A program made the translations under genes and the position numbers. The notes beneath the pieces were generated by a model, which was not told the DNA's origin, made no database searches, and saw nothing but the letters and a program-made list of their open reading frames with translations. Shown one piece after another: positions 14,839-24,837 of a stretch of 28,070 bases of DNA (its first letter is position 1; every line of letters begins with the position of its first letter). The DNA comes from Arcobacter sp. Its GTDB lineage: Bacteria > Campylobacterota > Campylobacteria > Campylobacterales > Arcobacteraceae. Location: assembly GCA_965662175.1 (NCBI GenBank), contig CBFIGT010000019.1, positions 1 to 28,070 on the forward strand, given 5' to 3'.

Positions 14839-17800
14839 ATGTTTGAAAAGTTCTTAAAATTTTTCGTTGAAAATTCTAGAATGAACTATACACTTTTTGT
14901 GTTAGTTTTTGCACTTGGAATTTGGTCGTACACAAAAACTCCAAAAGAGATTTTCCCAAGTTTTGATTTAGATATGATATCAATAAAAGGCTCATATACA
15001 GGAGCTTCTGTTGATATTTTAGATAAAATGGCAGTTACTGAAATCGAAGACAATATTAAAAATATTGATTCAGTAGATACTATTTCAACTGTAATTAGTC
15101 CAGGAAAATTCACTATTATTTTAGAGTTAAAAAAGGGTGAAGATAGGTTTAGAGAAGCTGATAAAATAAAAGATGTAATAACCTTAGTTAAAACAAATTT
15201 ACCATCAGATATGGATGAACCTAGCGTAAATGTACTTGATAGAACAAGAACATTAGCCGATGTTACAATAACTTCAGCTAAATTTACAACTGATCAAATG
15301 AAACCTTTTGCTGATACCTTAAAGAGTCAGATTTTAAATATTAGTGGTATTAGTGAAATTAATATTTATGGGGATTCTGATAAATTCTTTGAAGTTCTTT
15401 TGGATGAGGGGAAAATTGATGCTTTAAACCTAAATAAAAGTGAAGTATTTAATGCCCTATCTACATTATCATATATTTTTCCAATAGGTAAAATAGAAGA
15501 CCCTAAAAAACACTTTTATATCTCAACTTATAATGGGGCTAAAAACGCAAAAGAGTTTGGTAATATTTTATTAAAAATATCTAATCAAACATTTTATGTA
15601 AAAGATATTGCTACTATTTCTAAGAAATATGAAGACTCTTCAACCCTCTATTCACTAAATGGAAAAAGCGCCCTATCTTTACAAATAGTACAAGCAAATA
15701 CAGCTGATGCTATAAAAATAGTAAAAGAGATTAAAAAGCTTTTACCTGATATTTCAAATAAAAACCCAGATATACAGATACAAATATCTGATGATAATAG
15801 TGAAAGAATTATTGATAGATTAAATATAGTAAGTTCAAATATTCTTTTTGGAATTATATTAATTACTATATTGGTAGCTTTATTAATAAATGCAAGAATG
15901 TCATTTATTATAGCTGTTGGAATACCAACATCTTTTGTAATAGCTGCACTTTATATCTATTTATCAGGCTATACAATAAATATGATTTCATTGGTTGGTG
16001 TTTTAATTGCAATTGGTATAGTCGTTGATGATGCTATTGTTGTAAGTGAAAATATTCAACAACATATAGAAGAGGGATATGCCCCTAAAGAGGCTGCTAT
16101 AATGGGTGCAAAAGAGATGGTTGAACCTGTAACAATAGCTTCAATAACAACACTTTTTTCTTTTTTACCAATTTTAATGATAAGTGGAACTATGGGTGAG
16201 GTTATGAAGCTTATTCCTATTGCACTTAGTGCTTTAGTTATAGCTTCACTTATTGAATCATTTATCTTCTTACCAATTCATGCAGCACACACTCTTAAAA
16301 GTGGTGCAAAGGTAACTTCTTGGAAAAAGGCAAATGCTGTTTATAGTAAAATTATTCACTTTTTTATGAATTGGAAAAAAACATTTATTACTATTTTTAT
16401 AATTTTAGTTCCATTTTTAACCTTTCAATTTATTAGTAACTCTAAGTTCCAAATGTTTCCTAAATTTGACTCAACTGATGTGAAAATTACTTTAAAAGCA
16501 AATGCAAATACTACACTTGAAGAGGCTTTTAAAATAGTAAGCTCAATAGAAGCTGATATGTTAAAAGATAAAGAAAAATTTTATATCAAAAATATAAACT
16601 CAGTTGCTGGATTTAGAAGAGATGTTGGTAATAATACAGAAAACTTTCCTTATGCTATGTATATGACAGTTGAATTAGAAAAATTAAAACCTATGAACTT
16701 TTTAGATAAATATATAACTCCAAATCTTAGTTTTTATTATGATGAAGAGGGAAGAACAAGAGAAGAGAGATCAGATAATATTGCAAAAAAACTAAAAGCT
16801 TATATTGAGAAAAAAGATTATAAAACAAAATATAACTTAGATGAAATCGCTGTTTTAGAGAAAAAAGTTGGACCTATAAAAGCTGATATAAAAATAGGAA
16901 TAATAACAGCTGATAATCAAAAAGCAATACAAACTGTAGAAATTTTGGATAAAGAGTTAAGAAAAATAGATGGAGTAAAATCTGTATCTAATTCACTTAA
17001 ATTTGGTATTGATGAAATCAAAATAAAAGTTAACTCTTATGGTGAGCAGTTAGGTATTACAGAGTCTTTTATTGGTACTTATTTATCTAATCTTTATTTA
17101 CTAAAGAAAAAAGCTGTCTCTTTTGATGAAAAAGAGATGTTAGATATAAAAATAGAGTCTTTAGGAAAAGATAATATTGAAAACTTTAAAAACACACAAA
17201 TTCCACTTGATGATGGCACTTTTATAGCCTTAAATGAGATTGTTGAATTTAACACAATTAGAGCATTTGAGCAACTTTTAAAAGATGATGCAATTAAAAA
17301 TTTCTATGTATTTGCAAATGTAAATCCAGATATTATTACATCAAGTGAAGTAATAGATAAAATAAAACCACAAATAGATGATATAAAAAAATCAGGGGTT
17401 AAACTAGCATTTAAAGGTGAAGCTGAGAAAAAAGCAGAGTTAAAACGAGATATGCTTTTGGCTACAGCCTTAGCATTAGTTCTTATTATGATTTCTATGC
17501 TTTATTTATTTAACTCATTTAGGGAAACATTTATAGTAATGAGTGTTATTCCTTTCTCTATTTTAGGAGTTTTAATAGGACATCAAGTTATGGGATTAAA
17601 CCTATCTATGCCATCTATGATTGGAGCATTGGGACTTTCAGGTGTTGTTATTAATGATGGTATTATTATGATGACATACTTGAAAAAAGCAAAAACTTTG
17701 GATGATATTTTTCTAAGAGCTACTAAAAGATTTAGACCTATTATTATTACAACTGTAACTACAATAATAGGAATGTTATCTTTAATACTATTTCCATCGG

Positions 17801-17928
17801 GTGAAGCTGTTATATTTCAACCAATTGCCATAGCTTTAGGTTTTGGTCTTGCTTGGGGAACGGTTTTAAATCTAATTTATTTACCGGTACTTTATACAAT
17901 TACGCATAAACTAAGAAAAAGCTTCTAA
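14839..17928 (+). CDS. RND efflux transporter permease (AcrB/AcrD/AcrF family)
   Basis: 1029 aa with two large periplasmic loops. GIVVDDAIVVSEN, GVVINDGI and RFRPIIIT motifs. Confidence 0.93.
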   Translation: MFEKFLKFFVENSRMNYTLFVLVFALGIWSYTKTPKEIFPSFDLDMISIKGSYTGASVDILDKMAVTEIEDNIKNIDSVDTISTVISPGKFTIILELKKGEDRFREADKIKDVITLVKTNLPSDMDEPSVNVLDRTRTLADVTITSAKFTTDQMKPFADTLKSQILNISGISEINIYGDSDKFFEVLLDEGKIDALNLNKSEVFNALSTLSYIFPIGKIEDPKKHFYISTYNGAKNAKEFGNILLKISNQTFYVKDIATISKKYEDSSTLYSLNGKSALSLQIVQANTADAIKIVKEIKKLLPDISNKNPDIQIQISDDNSERIIDRLNIVSSNILFGIILITILVALLINARMSFIIAVGIPTSFVIAALYIYLSGYTINMISLVGVLIAIGIVVDDAIVVSENIQQHIEEGYAPKEAAIMGAKEMVEPVTIASITTLFSFLPILMISGTMGEVMKLIPIALSALVIASLIESFIFLPIHAAHTLKSGAKVTSWKKANAVYSKIIHFFMNWKKTFITIFIILVPFLTFQFISNSKFQMFPKFDSTDVKITLKANANTTLEEAFKIVSSIEADMLKDKEKFYIKNINSVAGFRRDVGNNTENFPYAMYMTVELEKLKPMNFLDKYITPNLSFYYDEEGRTREERSDNIAKKLKAYIEKKDYKTKYNLDEIAVLEKKVGPIKADIKIGIITADNQKAIQTVEILDKELRKIDGVKSVSNSLKFGIDEIKIKVNSYGEQLGITESFIGTYLSNLYLLKKKAVSFDEKEMLDIKIESLGKDNIENFKNTQIPLDDGTFIALNEIVEFNTIRAFEQLLKDDAIKNFYVFANVNPDIITSSEVIDKIKPQIDDIKKSGVKLAFKGEAEKKAELKRDMLLATALALVLIMISMLYLFNSFRETFIVMSVIPFSILGVLIGHQVMGLNLSMPSMIGALGLSGVVINDGIIMMTYLKKAKTLDDIFLRATKRFRPIIITTVTTIIGMLSLILFPSGEAVIFQPIAIALGFGLAWGTVLNLIYLPVLYTITHKLRKSF

Positions 17929-17942
17929 CAATAAAACAAATG

Positions 17943-18716
17943 CTATAAAAAGATAAATAGACTTTTTATAGCATTAATACTCATCTCAGTTGGTTCAACT
18001 CCAAGTCTTTCTAAAGATGTTTTAACTCTATAGTTCATCAAAGTTAATAAAGTTTCAAATGAAAAATTTGAATATCCATAAATTGATTCTTCTTTATTTT
18101 TGATGTACTCTAACTCTTGAATTTCAGCCCAAGATAACTCTTTACCCTCTTTAACTCTTTTTTCTAACTCTATTTGCCAATTATTTTGCCAAGTCAAAAA
18201 AAGATAGTTATCATGAAGATCCCTATCTACTTTTATTTTCCAAGATATTATTTGTAAGTTATTATATAATCTTTGTAATTTCTCTTTATCATAAGAAAAA
18301 GCAGTTAATTTATAACTATTTTCAATATCATATGAATCATAAAGCATCTTATATAAACCAAGGATAAGATAATCATTTCTATTTTTTATATCATCTTTAC
18401 TAAATGCTATTTGTAAATATCCCTTATAAGAGGTAATATCTTTTTGATTATATTGTAAAGAGATACTATTTTCTAAGTTATCAATTTTTGTATAAATCTC
18501 ATTTGAAAACTCTTTATCAAAAGCACTAGGATTTCTTTTATCAAGTTTCTCTTTAAACTGTAAAATAAATTTTGATATAACTTTATAATCTTTTTTTATT
18601 TCAACAGCAGAGTTAGATTGGAAAACCTCACCTAATCTCTCTTGTTTAACTGAAACACAAGCACTAAAAAGTGACATAGTAACAATCACCAATAAAATGT
18701 TTTTTACAAATACCAC
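17943..18716 (-). CDS. hypothetical lipoprotein
   Basis: GTG start with AAGGA SD. Lipobox LFSAC. Lies 19 nt downstream of valS. Confidence 0.8.
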   Translation of the reverse strand: MVFVKNILLVIVTMSLFSACVSVKQERLGEVFQSNSAVEIKKDYKVISKFILQFKEKLDKRNPSAFDKEFSNEIYTKIDNLENSISLQYNQKDITSYKGYLQIAFSKDDIKNRNDYLILGLYKMLYDSYDIENSYKLTAFSYDKEKLQRLYNNLQIISWKIKVDRDLHDNYLFLTWQNNWQIELEKRVKEGKELSWAEIQELEYIKNKEESIYGYSNFSFETLLTLMNYRVKTSLERLGVEPTEMSINAIKSLFIFL

Positions 18717-18735
18717 TTTTTATCCTTTATGATCT

Positions 18736-21399
18736 TTATGATAAAGATTTTAATTCATTCTCGATTTTTTCAAGTTTTGTTTTTGCATCTTCTAAAGCTT
18801 TTCTATTTTCTAAAATTACAGCTTCAGGTGCATTTGCTACAAATCTCTCATTTGATAACATACCATTTAGTTTATCAAACTCTTTTTGAGTTTTCTCTTT
18901 TTGTTTTGTAAGTTTATTGATAATTGGTGCCATATCAATCTCACCTCTTGGTAAATATACCTCAAGATTATTTGATACATCTGTTATACTATCCTCTAAC
19001 TTAGCATCTACAAACTCAATATCTTCAACTTTTGCTAGTTTTTCAATAAATGGTTTTGCAATAGCTGTATCAATTGATTTATCAAGTTTGATATAAGCTT
19101 TTGCAATTTTACTATTACCCATGTCTATAATTACTTTTGCTCTTCTTACACTTGTAATTGCCTCTTCGATAATAGCAAACATATCTTCAATCTCTTGATT
19201 TTTCTCTATTTGTTTAGGGAAAGAGTTAACCATAAGTGACTCACCCTCTTCTAGTGATGTTCCACTTAATTTATGATATAGGAAATCAGAAATAAATGGC
19301 ATAAATGGACTTACCATTTTTAGAGTCTCTTTGAAAATTGCACCAAGTTCTACTACTGAATCTTTAGAAGCTTTTGCATACTCAATACCCCAATCACAAA
19401 ACTCATTCCATACAAATTTATATAAAATACTTGCTGCTTCATTGAACTTATATGTTTCAAGTGCAACTCTTAACTCATCAACGGCATCACTTAATTTACT
19501 TTGCATATAAATTCCAAGAGGAGTTTTAATCTCACAATCTTTTAAATCAGGGAAAGTATCAACATTTAATTGTAAGAAATTTGATGCATTATAAAGTTTG
19601 TTTGTAAAGTTTCTAAACTGCTCTAAATTTTTAGCACCAAGTTTTATATCTCTACCTTGAACACAAAGATAAGCTAATGTAAATCTAATAATATCAGCTG
19701 AGTGTTCATTAACCATATCAAGAGGGTCAATTACATTACCTTTTGATTTTGACATTTTAGCACCATGTTCATCTCTTACAAGAGCATGCATATAAATATC
19801 TTCAAATGGTAACTCTTTTTTAAAGTGCTCACCCATCATCATCATTCTAGCAACCCAGAAGAACATAATATCAAAACCAGTGATAAGTAGTGAGTTTGGA
19901 TAGAAATCAGCTTCATCACTTGAGTTATAAAGCTCTTCTAGTTTTCCATTATTTCCCCAACCAAGTGGCGACATAGCCCAAAGTGCAGAAGAAAACCAAG
20001 TATCTAATACATCTGGGTCTTGAGTCATTTTTTTAGATTTACATTTTGGACACTCTTCTGGCTCATCAGCTTTATCAGCCCATTGGTGATTACAATCTTC
20101 ACAAGTAAATACAGGTATTCTATGTCCCCACCAAAGTTGTCTAGAAATACACCAAGGTCTTAACTCATCCATCCAAGCTGTGTAAGAGTTTATCCAGTGT
20201 GCTGGATGAAAAAGTGTTCCATTGTGAGTTCCATCTTCAGCTCTTTGTTTTGTAGTCTCTTTAGTTTTTCGAATAGACTCTTGAGCCATCTCTGAGCTTA
20301 AGAACCATTGTTGAGAGATAAATGGCTCAACAATATTTTTACATCTATAACAATGCCCTACTTGGTGAATATGCTCTTCAATTTTTACAATATATCCAGC
20401 ATTTTCTAAAGCTTTTACAATAACTGGTCTAGCTTCAAGTCTCTCTAATCCTGCAAACTCTCCACAATAATCATTTAAAATACCTTTTTCATCAAATACT
20501 TTAATAAACTCTAAATCGTGTCTTTTCCCTACTTCGTAGTCATTTTGGTCATGTGCTGGAGTTACTTTTACAACACCTGTTCCAAACTCCATATCAACAT
20601 GGCTATCTGTAATAACTTTGATAGTTCTATTTGTAAGTGGAAGTAAAACCTCTTTCCCTACAATTGAAGTATATCTTTCATCATCAGGATGAACCATAAT
20701 AGCTGTATCCCCAAAGTATGTTTCAGGTCTAGTTGTTGCTACTTGAAGCTCTCCACTTCCATCAGCAAATTTATAAATCATATGGTAAAACTTACCATTT
20801 ACCTCTTCATGTTCAACTTCAATATCTGATAAAGCACCATCATGTGTACACCAGTTTACCATGTAGTTATTTTGAGTAATATGACCATCATTATATAAAC
20901 TTACAAAAGCCTCTTTAACAGCCTCTTTTAAGCCCTCATCCATAGTAAATCTCTCACGCTTCCAAGCAGGAGTAACTCCTAATTTTCTCATTTGATGAAC
21001 AATATTTCCACCACTTGTCTCTTTTTGAAGCCAAGCTCTCTCAAGAAATTTTTCTCTTCCAATTTCTTCTTTTGTAGTACCCTCAGCTAATAGCTGTTTT
21101 TCAACAACATTTTGAGTAGCAATTCCAGCGTGGTCAGTTCCAGGTTGCCATAATGTTTTAAAGCCGTCCATTCTTTTATAACGAGTTATAATATCTTGTA
21201 GTGTAAATGTTAAAGCATGTCCAATATGTAAACTCCCTGTTACATTTGGAGGTGGCATCATGATAGAAAAAGTTTTTTGTTTTCCATTTTCATCACACTC
21301 TTGAATAGATTTATTTCCATCTACTTCAAAATAACCTCTATCTTCCCATATTTTATAAAATTTATCTTCTACCATTGATGGTTCGTATTTTTCGCTCAT
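18736..21399 (-). CDS. valS: valine--tRNA ligase
   Basis: PPPNVTGSLHIGH, GTDHAGIATQ, ATTRPET, WCISRQLWWGHRIP, KMSKS and a C-terminal coiled coil. Confidence 0.99.
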   Translation of the reverse strand: MSEKYEPSMVEDKFYKIWEDRGYFEVDGNKSIQECDENGKQKTFSIMMPPPNVTGSLHIGHALTFTLQDIITRYKRMDGFKTLWQPGTDHAGIATQNVVEKQLLAEGTTKEEIGREKFLERAWLQKETSGGNIVHQMRKLGVTPAWKRERFTMDEGLKEAVKEAFVSLYNDGHITQNNYMVNWCTHDGALSDIEVEHEEVNGKFYHMIYKFADGSGELQVATTRPETYFGDTAIMVHPDDERYTSIVGKEVLLPLTNRTIKVITDSHVDMEFGTGVVKVTPAHDQNDYEVGKRHDLEFIKVFDEKGILNDYCGEFAGLERLEARPVIVKALENAGYIVKIEEHIHQVGHCYRCKNIVEPFISQQWFLSSEMAQESIRKTKETTKQRAEDGTHNGTLFHPAHWINSYTAWMDELRPWCISRQLWWGHRIPVFTCEDCNHQWADKADEPEECPKCKSKKMTQDPDVLDTWFSSALWAMSPLGWGNNGKLEELYNSSDEADFYPNSLLITGFDIMFFWVARMMMMGEHFKKELPFEDIYMHALVRDEHGAKMSKSKGNVIDPLDMVNEHSADIIRFTLAYLCVQGRDIKLGAKNLEQFRNFTNKLYNASNFLQLNVDTFPDLKDCEIKTPLGIYMQSKLSDAVDELRVALETYKFNEAASILYKFVWNEFCDWGIEYAKASKDSVVELGAIFKETLKMVSPFMPFISDFLYHKLSGTSLEEGESLMVNSFPKQIEKNQEIEDMFAIIEEAITSVRRAKVIIDMGNSKIAKAYIKLDKSIDTAIAKPFIEKLAKVEDIEFVDAKLEDSITDVSNNLEVYLPRGEIDMAPIINKLTKQKEKTQKEFDKLNGMLSNERFVANAPEAVILENRKALEDAKTKLEKIENELKSLS

Positions 21400-21426
21400 T
21401 AAATATCCTATTAAATTTATCTCGCG

Positions 21427-21434
21427 ATTATAGC
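21427..21434 (-). promoter_or_regulatory. -10 element of valS
   Basis: gcTATAAT on the minus strand about 27 nt upstream of the ATG. AGGA SD. Confidence 0.55.
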
Positions 21435-21494
21435 CTAAAATAGGTATATAAAAGATTAATAAATCTTTAATTATAAACTCTTAAATAAAGTTTA

Positions 21495-21502
21495 GATATA
21501 AT
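21495..21502 (+). promoter_or_regulatory. -10 element of diguanylate cyclase gene
   Basis: gaTATAAT 26 nt upstream of ATG 21529. AGGA SD. Confidence 0.5.
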
Positions 21503-21528
21503 AAAGAAATAATTTATTTTAGGAAAAT

Positions 21529-22653
21529 ATGAAAAAGATTTTTTTTAAAAAAACCCTTATATTTTTTATTTCACTTGCAGTTGCAACCTTAGTTTTTCTA
21601 TTTCTAAGTTATAACTTTTTTAGTAAAAACTATGAAGAAATAGAGCAAAAAGAGAATAAAAAACACTTAATTACATTTTTTACTCTTTTAAATCAGCAAT
21701 ATGATAAAGAGATAAATCAAAAGTTTGATGTAAATAAAATCAAAAAACTAAGTTCAACAATTTTTGATTTTACTTATATCACAACAGAGAGTGAATTAAA
21801 AAGTTCAAATATTATTAGAAATGTTTTATTTAACAATAATTACTCCAATATTGAAGTTTATTCAAAAAATACAGAGGATTATCTTATAAATTATATAAAA
21901 TTTCTAAGAGAAGATGATTCATCACTATTTATTCTTAAGACCAAAAGTTATAGAGCCTTAGTAAAAGAGGGAGGAAATACTCTAAATATCTTTAGTGGAA
22001 TTGTAATACTTTTTTTAATCCTAATTCTTCTAATAACTTATACATTTGAAAAAAATATAGAAAAAGCAAATGAAAACCTTGAAGAAAAAGTCCTAAAACG
22101 AACAAAACAAATACATCACACCCTACATGAGTTGGAAAAAGTAAACCTAAAACTATATGATTTAGCTCACACAGATCACCTAACTCAAATCAAAAATAGA
22201 AGAAGCTTTTTTATGCATGCAAAACAACTTTATACAAATGCTTCAAAATCCAAAGACTCATTAGCAGTTATTATGATAGATATAGATAATTTCAAAAGTT
22301 ATAATGATAAATATGGCCATGATATAGGAGATAAAATCCTAAAAGAGTTTTCAAAAACAATAAAAAATGCAATAAGTGATAGTTGCGTTTTTGGAAGATT
22401 AGGTGGTGAAGAGTTTGCTATTGTTATACCATCAATTGATATTCAAATGGCACTATTAAAAGCAGAAAAACTAAGAGCAGAAATTGAAAACCTAGTTATA
22501 AAAGTAGCAGAACAAGAAGTAAAAGTTACAGCAAGTTTTGGAATAAGCGATATTGAAAATAGCTCCTCAATAGATGATATGATAAGAAATGCAGACAAAA
22601 TGTTATATAGCGCAAAAGAGAGTGGAAAAAATAGAGTTAGAGGAAGAGTTTAA
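21529..22653 (+). CDS. membrane-bound diguanylate cyclase (GGEEF)
   Basis: Two TM helices and a coiled coil. D.LT...NRR, DIDNFK.YND.YGH..GD, GRLGGEEF and AK.SGKN motifs are all intact. Confidence 0.95.
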   Translation: MKKIFFKKTLIFFISLAVATLVFLFLSYNFFSKNYEEIEQKENKKHLITFFTLLNQQYDKEINQKFDVNKIKKLSSTIFDFTYITTESELKSSNIIRNVLFNNNYSNIEVYSKNTEDYLINYIKFLREDDSSLFILKTKSYRALVKEGGNTLNIFSGIVILFLILILLITYTFEKNIEKANENLEEKVLKRTKQIHHTLHELEKVNLKLYDLAHTDHLTQIKNRRSFFMHAKQLYTNASKSKDSLAVIMIDIDNFKSYNDKYGHDIGDKILKEFSKTIKNAISDSCVFGRLGGEEFAIVIPSIDIQMALLKAEKLRAEIENLVIKVAEQEVKVTASFGISDIENSSSIDDMIRNADKMLYSAKESGKNRVRGRV

Positions 22654-22673
22654 TAGTTTTAAACTCAAAAATC

Positions 22674-24722
22674 CTAAGCTTCGGCTTTCTCTTCTTTAAT
22701 CAATCCAGCCTCTTTTAAAAACTGAGAGTGGACGAATGAGAGTTTTTTGATTTTGTCATATTTTGCATAAGATAGATAAAGTATATCTTTTGCTCTTGTA
22801 ACTGCAACATAAAACAATCTTCTCTCTTCCTCTACGCTTCCACCTTTTGTGATTAGTTTTTGATTTGGAAATCTTCCGTGCATTAAATCTATTACATAAA
22901 CCTCTTTAAACTCCAAGCCTTTTGAAGCATGAACGGTAAGTAAATTTACTCCATCGCCCTCACTCATTTCACTTCCACCTAAAACCATTGCATTTATAAA
23001 TTTATTTATATCTGTATAGTGATAAGCTAAAGATTTTAAAAGTGTGATTTTTTTATTTATTCTTACCATTGATTTTTGTTTCAAAGATGGGTCAACTTGT
23101 CCATCTTTTCTTGTGGCTCTTTTTGTGGAAAGCATCTCAATAATATGGTCATATAAGTTTGATTTGAATATGTGGTCAATTGCACTTCTTGGATTTTTTA
23201 CTCGTTTTAAGTCATTGATTACAAGATAAAACTCATATAAAAACTCCCCTCCTTCAACTGAAAGTTTTGGATGTTTTAATATTGGATTTCCTAAAAATTT
23301 CTCTGAAAAACCGCTATTTCTAAACTTCGAAACAGAACCTAACTCTATAAAGTCATCAAAAAGTCCAAGTTGAATATTTTTTACTTTTGTTGAAACATAT
23401 GGATTATTTATTTTTGGATCAGGATTATATAATCCTTGAAATAAATCTCCATTACCTACTTTAATCAAGGCATCAAATATATCTTTTGCAACTGCTTTTC
23501 CGATACCTTTTCCATACTCTAAAATATGAATTGCTGCCATCATATCATTATGACTTTGCATTAAAGTGATAATATCAAGTACAAATTTAACCTCAGCTGC
23601 ATCAAAAAAGCTCATTCCACCTTTTCTTTTGGCTGGAATTCCATGCTCTCTTAAATTTACCTCTATCCCATCAGCACTTGAGTTATTTCTAAATATAATA
23701 GCTATGTCATTATGTGGTGTTGCACTTTGGCTGATTAATCTTGCTATATGTTCATATTGGTCAAAAAGTTCATTAAAAGTTAGTAATTTTGGTGAATAAA
23801 GTGCATCTTGTCTTACCACTTCCAAATTCTTTTCATAAACTCTTTCGTTATGCTCTATTACTTTAGTAGCTAGTTGTAAAATAGGTCTTGTAGAACGATA
23901 ATTTTTCTTTAATGTAAAAACTTTTGCATCAGTATAACGATCTGCAAAAGTAGAAATAATCCCAATATCAGAGCCATTAAAAGCATAAATACTTTGGTCA
24001 TAATCACCAACACAAAATAGAGATTTTGGTTTAAAAGCCTCTAAAAGTCTACCTTGAAGTGGATTTGTATCTTGATATTCATCTACTAAAATCTCTTTAA
24101 AATTAAACTCATTTGTCTCAAGTAATTCAAGCATTATTGTTAATAAATCATCAAAATTTGCATATCCATACTCTTTTTTGAGTTTATTAAACTCCAATAT
24201 TACATCTTCATAAATTAAAGAATAAACCTCATGTGAAGAGTTTTTTTCTATTATCCAATCCACAAAAGTTTCATCATTTTTAGAGTTTAAAAAAAGTGAA
24301 TACATATCATATAAGTATCCACCATCATAAGGACTTGCTTCATCATCTCTTTCATAAAAAACTCTTTTTTCATAAAGAGATTTAAAGAGTGTTTTTAACT
24401 CATTTGGTTGTTTTAGGGTTATATTTACATTTAACTCTTTGATTAGTTTATAACTTACACTATGAAAAGTTCCAGCCATAATTGCTTTTGCTGTATCTTT
24501 CCCAAAAAATTTCCCAACCCTTTGAACCATCTCTTGGGCTGCTTTATTTGTAAATGTAAGCAAAACTATCTCTTCAGGTTTTACACCATTGTTTATTAGG
24601 TTTGCGATTCTTCCTACGATTGTAGATGTTTTTCCTGTACCAGCACTAGCGATTATTAGGTTATATCCTGGATTACAAGTTGCGGCGTTTAGTTGTTCTT
24701 CATTTAAATTTGATAATGGCAT
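22674..24722 (-). CDS. ATP-dependent SF1 helicase, UvrD/REP family
   Basis: ASAGTGKT, LTFTNKAA, GTFHS, VDEYQD, VGDYDQSIY, NYRS, TVHASKGLEF, EERRLFYVAVTRA. Confidence 0.95.
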   Translation of the reverse strand: MPLSNLNEEQLNAATCNPGYNLIIASAGTGKTSTIVGRIANLINNGVKPEEIVLLTFTNKAAQEMVQRVGKFFGKDTAKAIMAGTFHSVSYKLIKELNVNITLKQPNELKTLFKSLYEKRVFYERDDEASPYDGGYLYDMYSLFLNSKNDETFVDWIIEKNSSHEVYSLIYEDVILEFNKLKKEYGYANFDDLLTIMLELLETNEFNFKEILVDEYQDTNPLQGRLLEAFKPKSLFCVGDYDQSIYAFNGSDIGIISTFADRYTDAKVFTLKKNYRSTRPILQLATKVIEHNERVYEKNLEVVRQDALYSPKLLTFNELFDQYEHIARLISQSATPHNDIAIIFRNNSSADGIEVNLREHGIPAKRKGGMSFFDAAEVKFVLDIITLMQSHNDMMAAIHILEYGKGIGKAVAKDIFDALIKVGNGDLFQGLYNPDPKINNPYVSTKVKNIQLGLFDDFIELGSVSKFRNSGFSEKFLGNPILKHPKLSVEGGEFLYEFYLVINDLKRVKNPRSAIDHIFKSNLYDHIIEMLSTKRATRKDGQVDPSLKQKSMVRINKKITLLKSLAYHYTDINKFINAMVLGGSEMSEGDGVNLLTVHASKGLEFKEVYVIDLMHGRFPNQKLITKGGSVEEERRLFYVAVTRAKDILYLSYAKYDKIKKLSFVHSQFLKEAGLIKEEKAEA

Positions 24723-24826
24723 TTTTAGTTATGTATCTTTATGTAGTGTTTTTAATTTCGAATACTAGCATAAAGAGTATTAATCTATTTGTAAAATCTC
24801 TAAACAAATTATTTACAAACTAAGTG

Positions 24827-24832
24827 TACAAT
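24827..24832 (+). promoter_or_regulatory. -10 element, probable leaderless transcript
   Basis: TACAAT 5 nt before ATG 24838. No SD is visible. Confidence 0.45.
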
Positions 24833-24837
24833 ACCAT

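Noticed and set aside
13270..15113. - strand ORFs 13270-13491, 14125-14400, 14132-14320, 14596-14778, 14886-15113
   Set aside because: All are antisense to lapD or the RND gene and have no motifs.
18729..18911. 60-aa + strand ORF
   Set aside because: Antisense to the valS 3' end.
23044..23799. + strand ORFs 23044-23229 and 23566-23799
   Set aside because: Antisense to the helicase.
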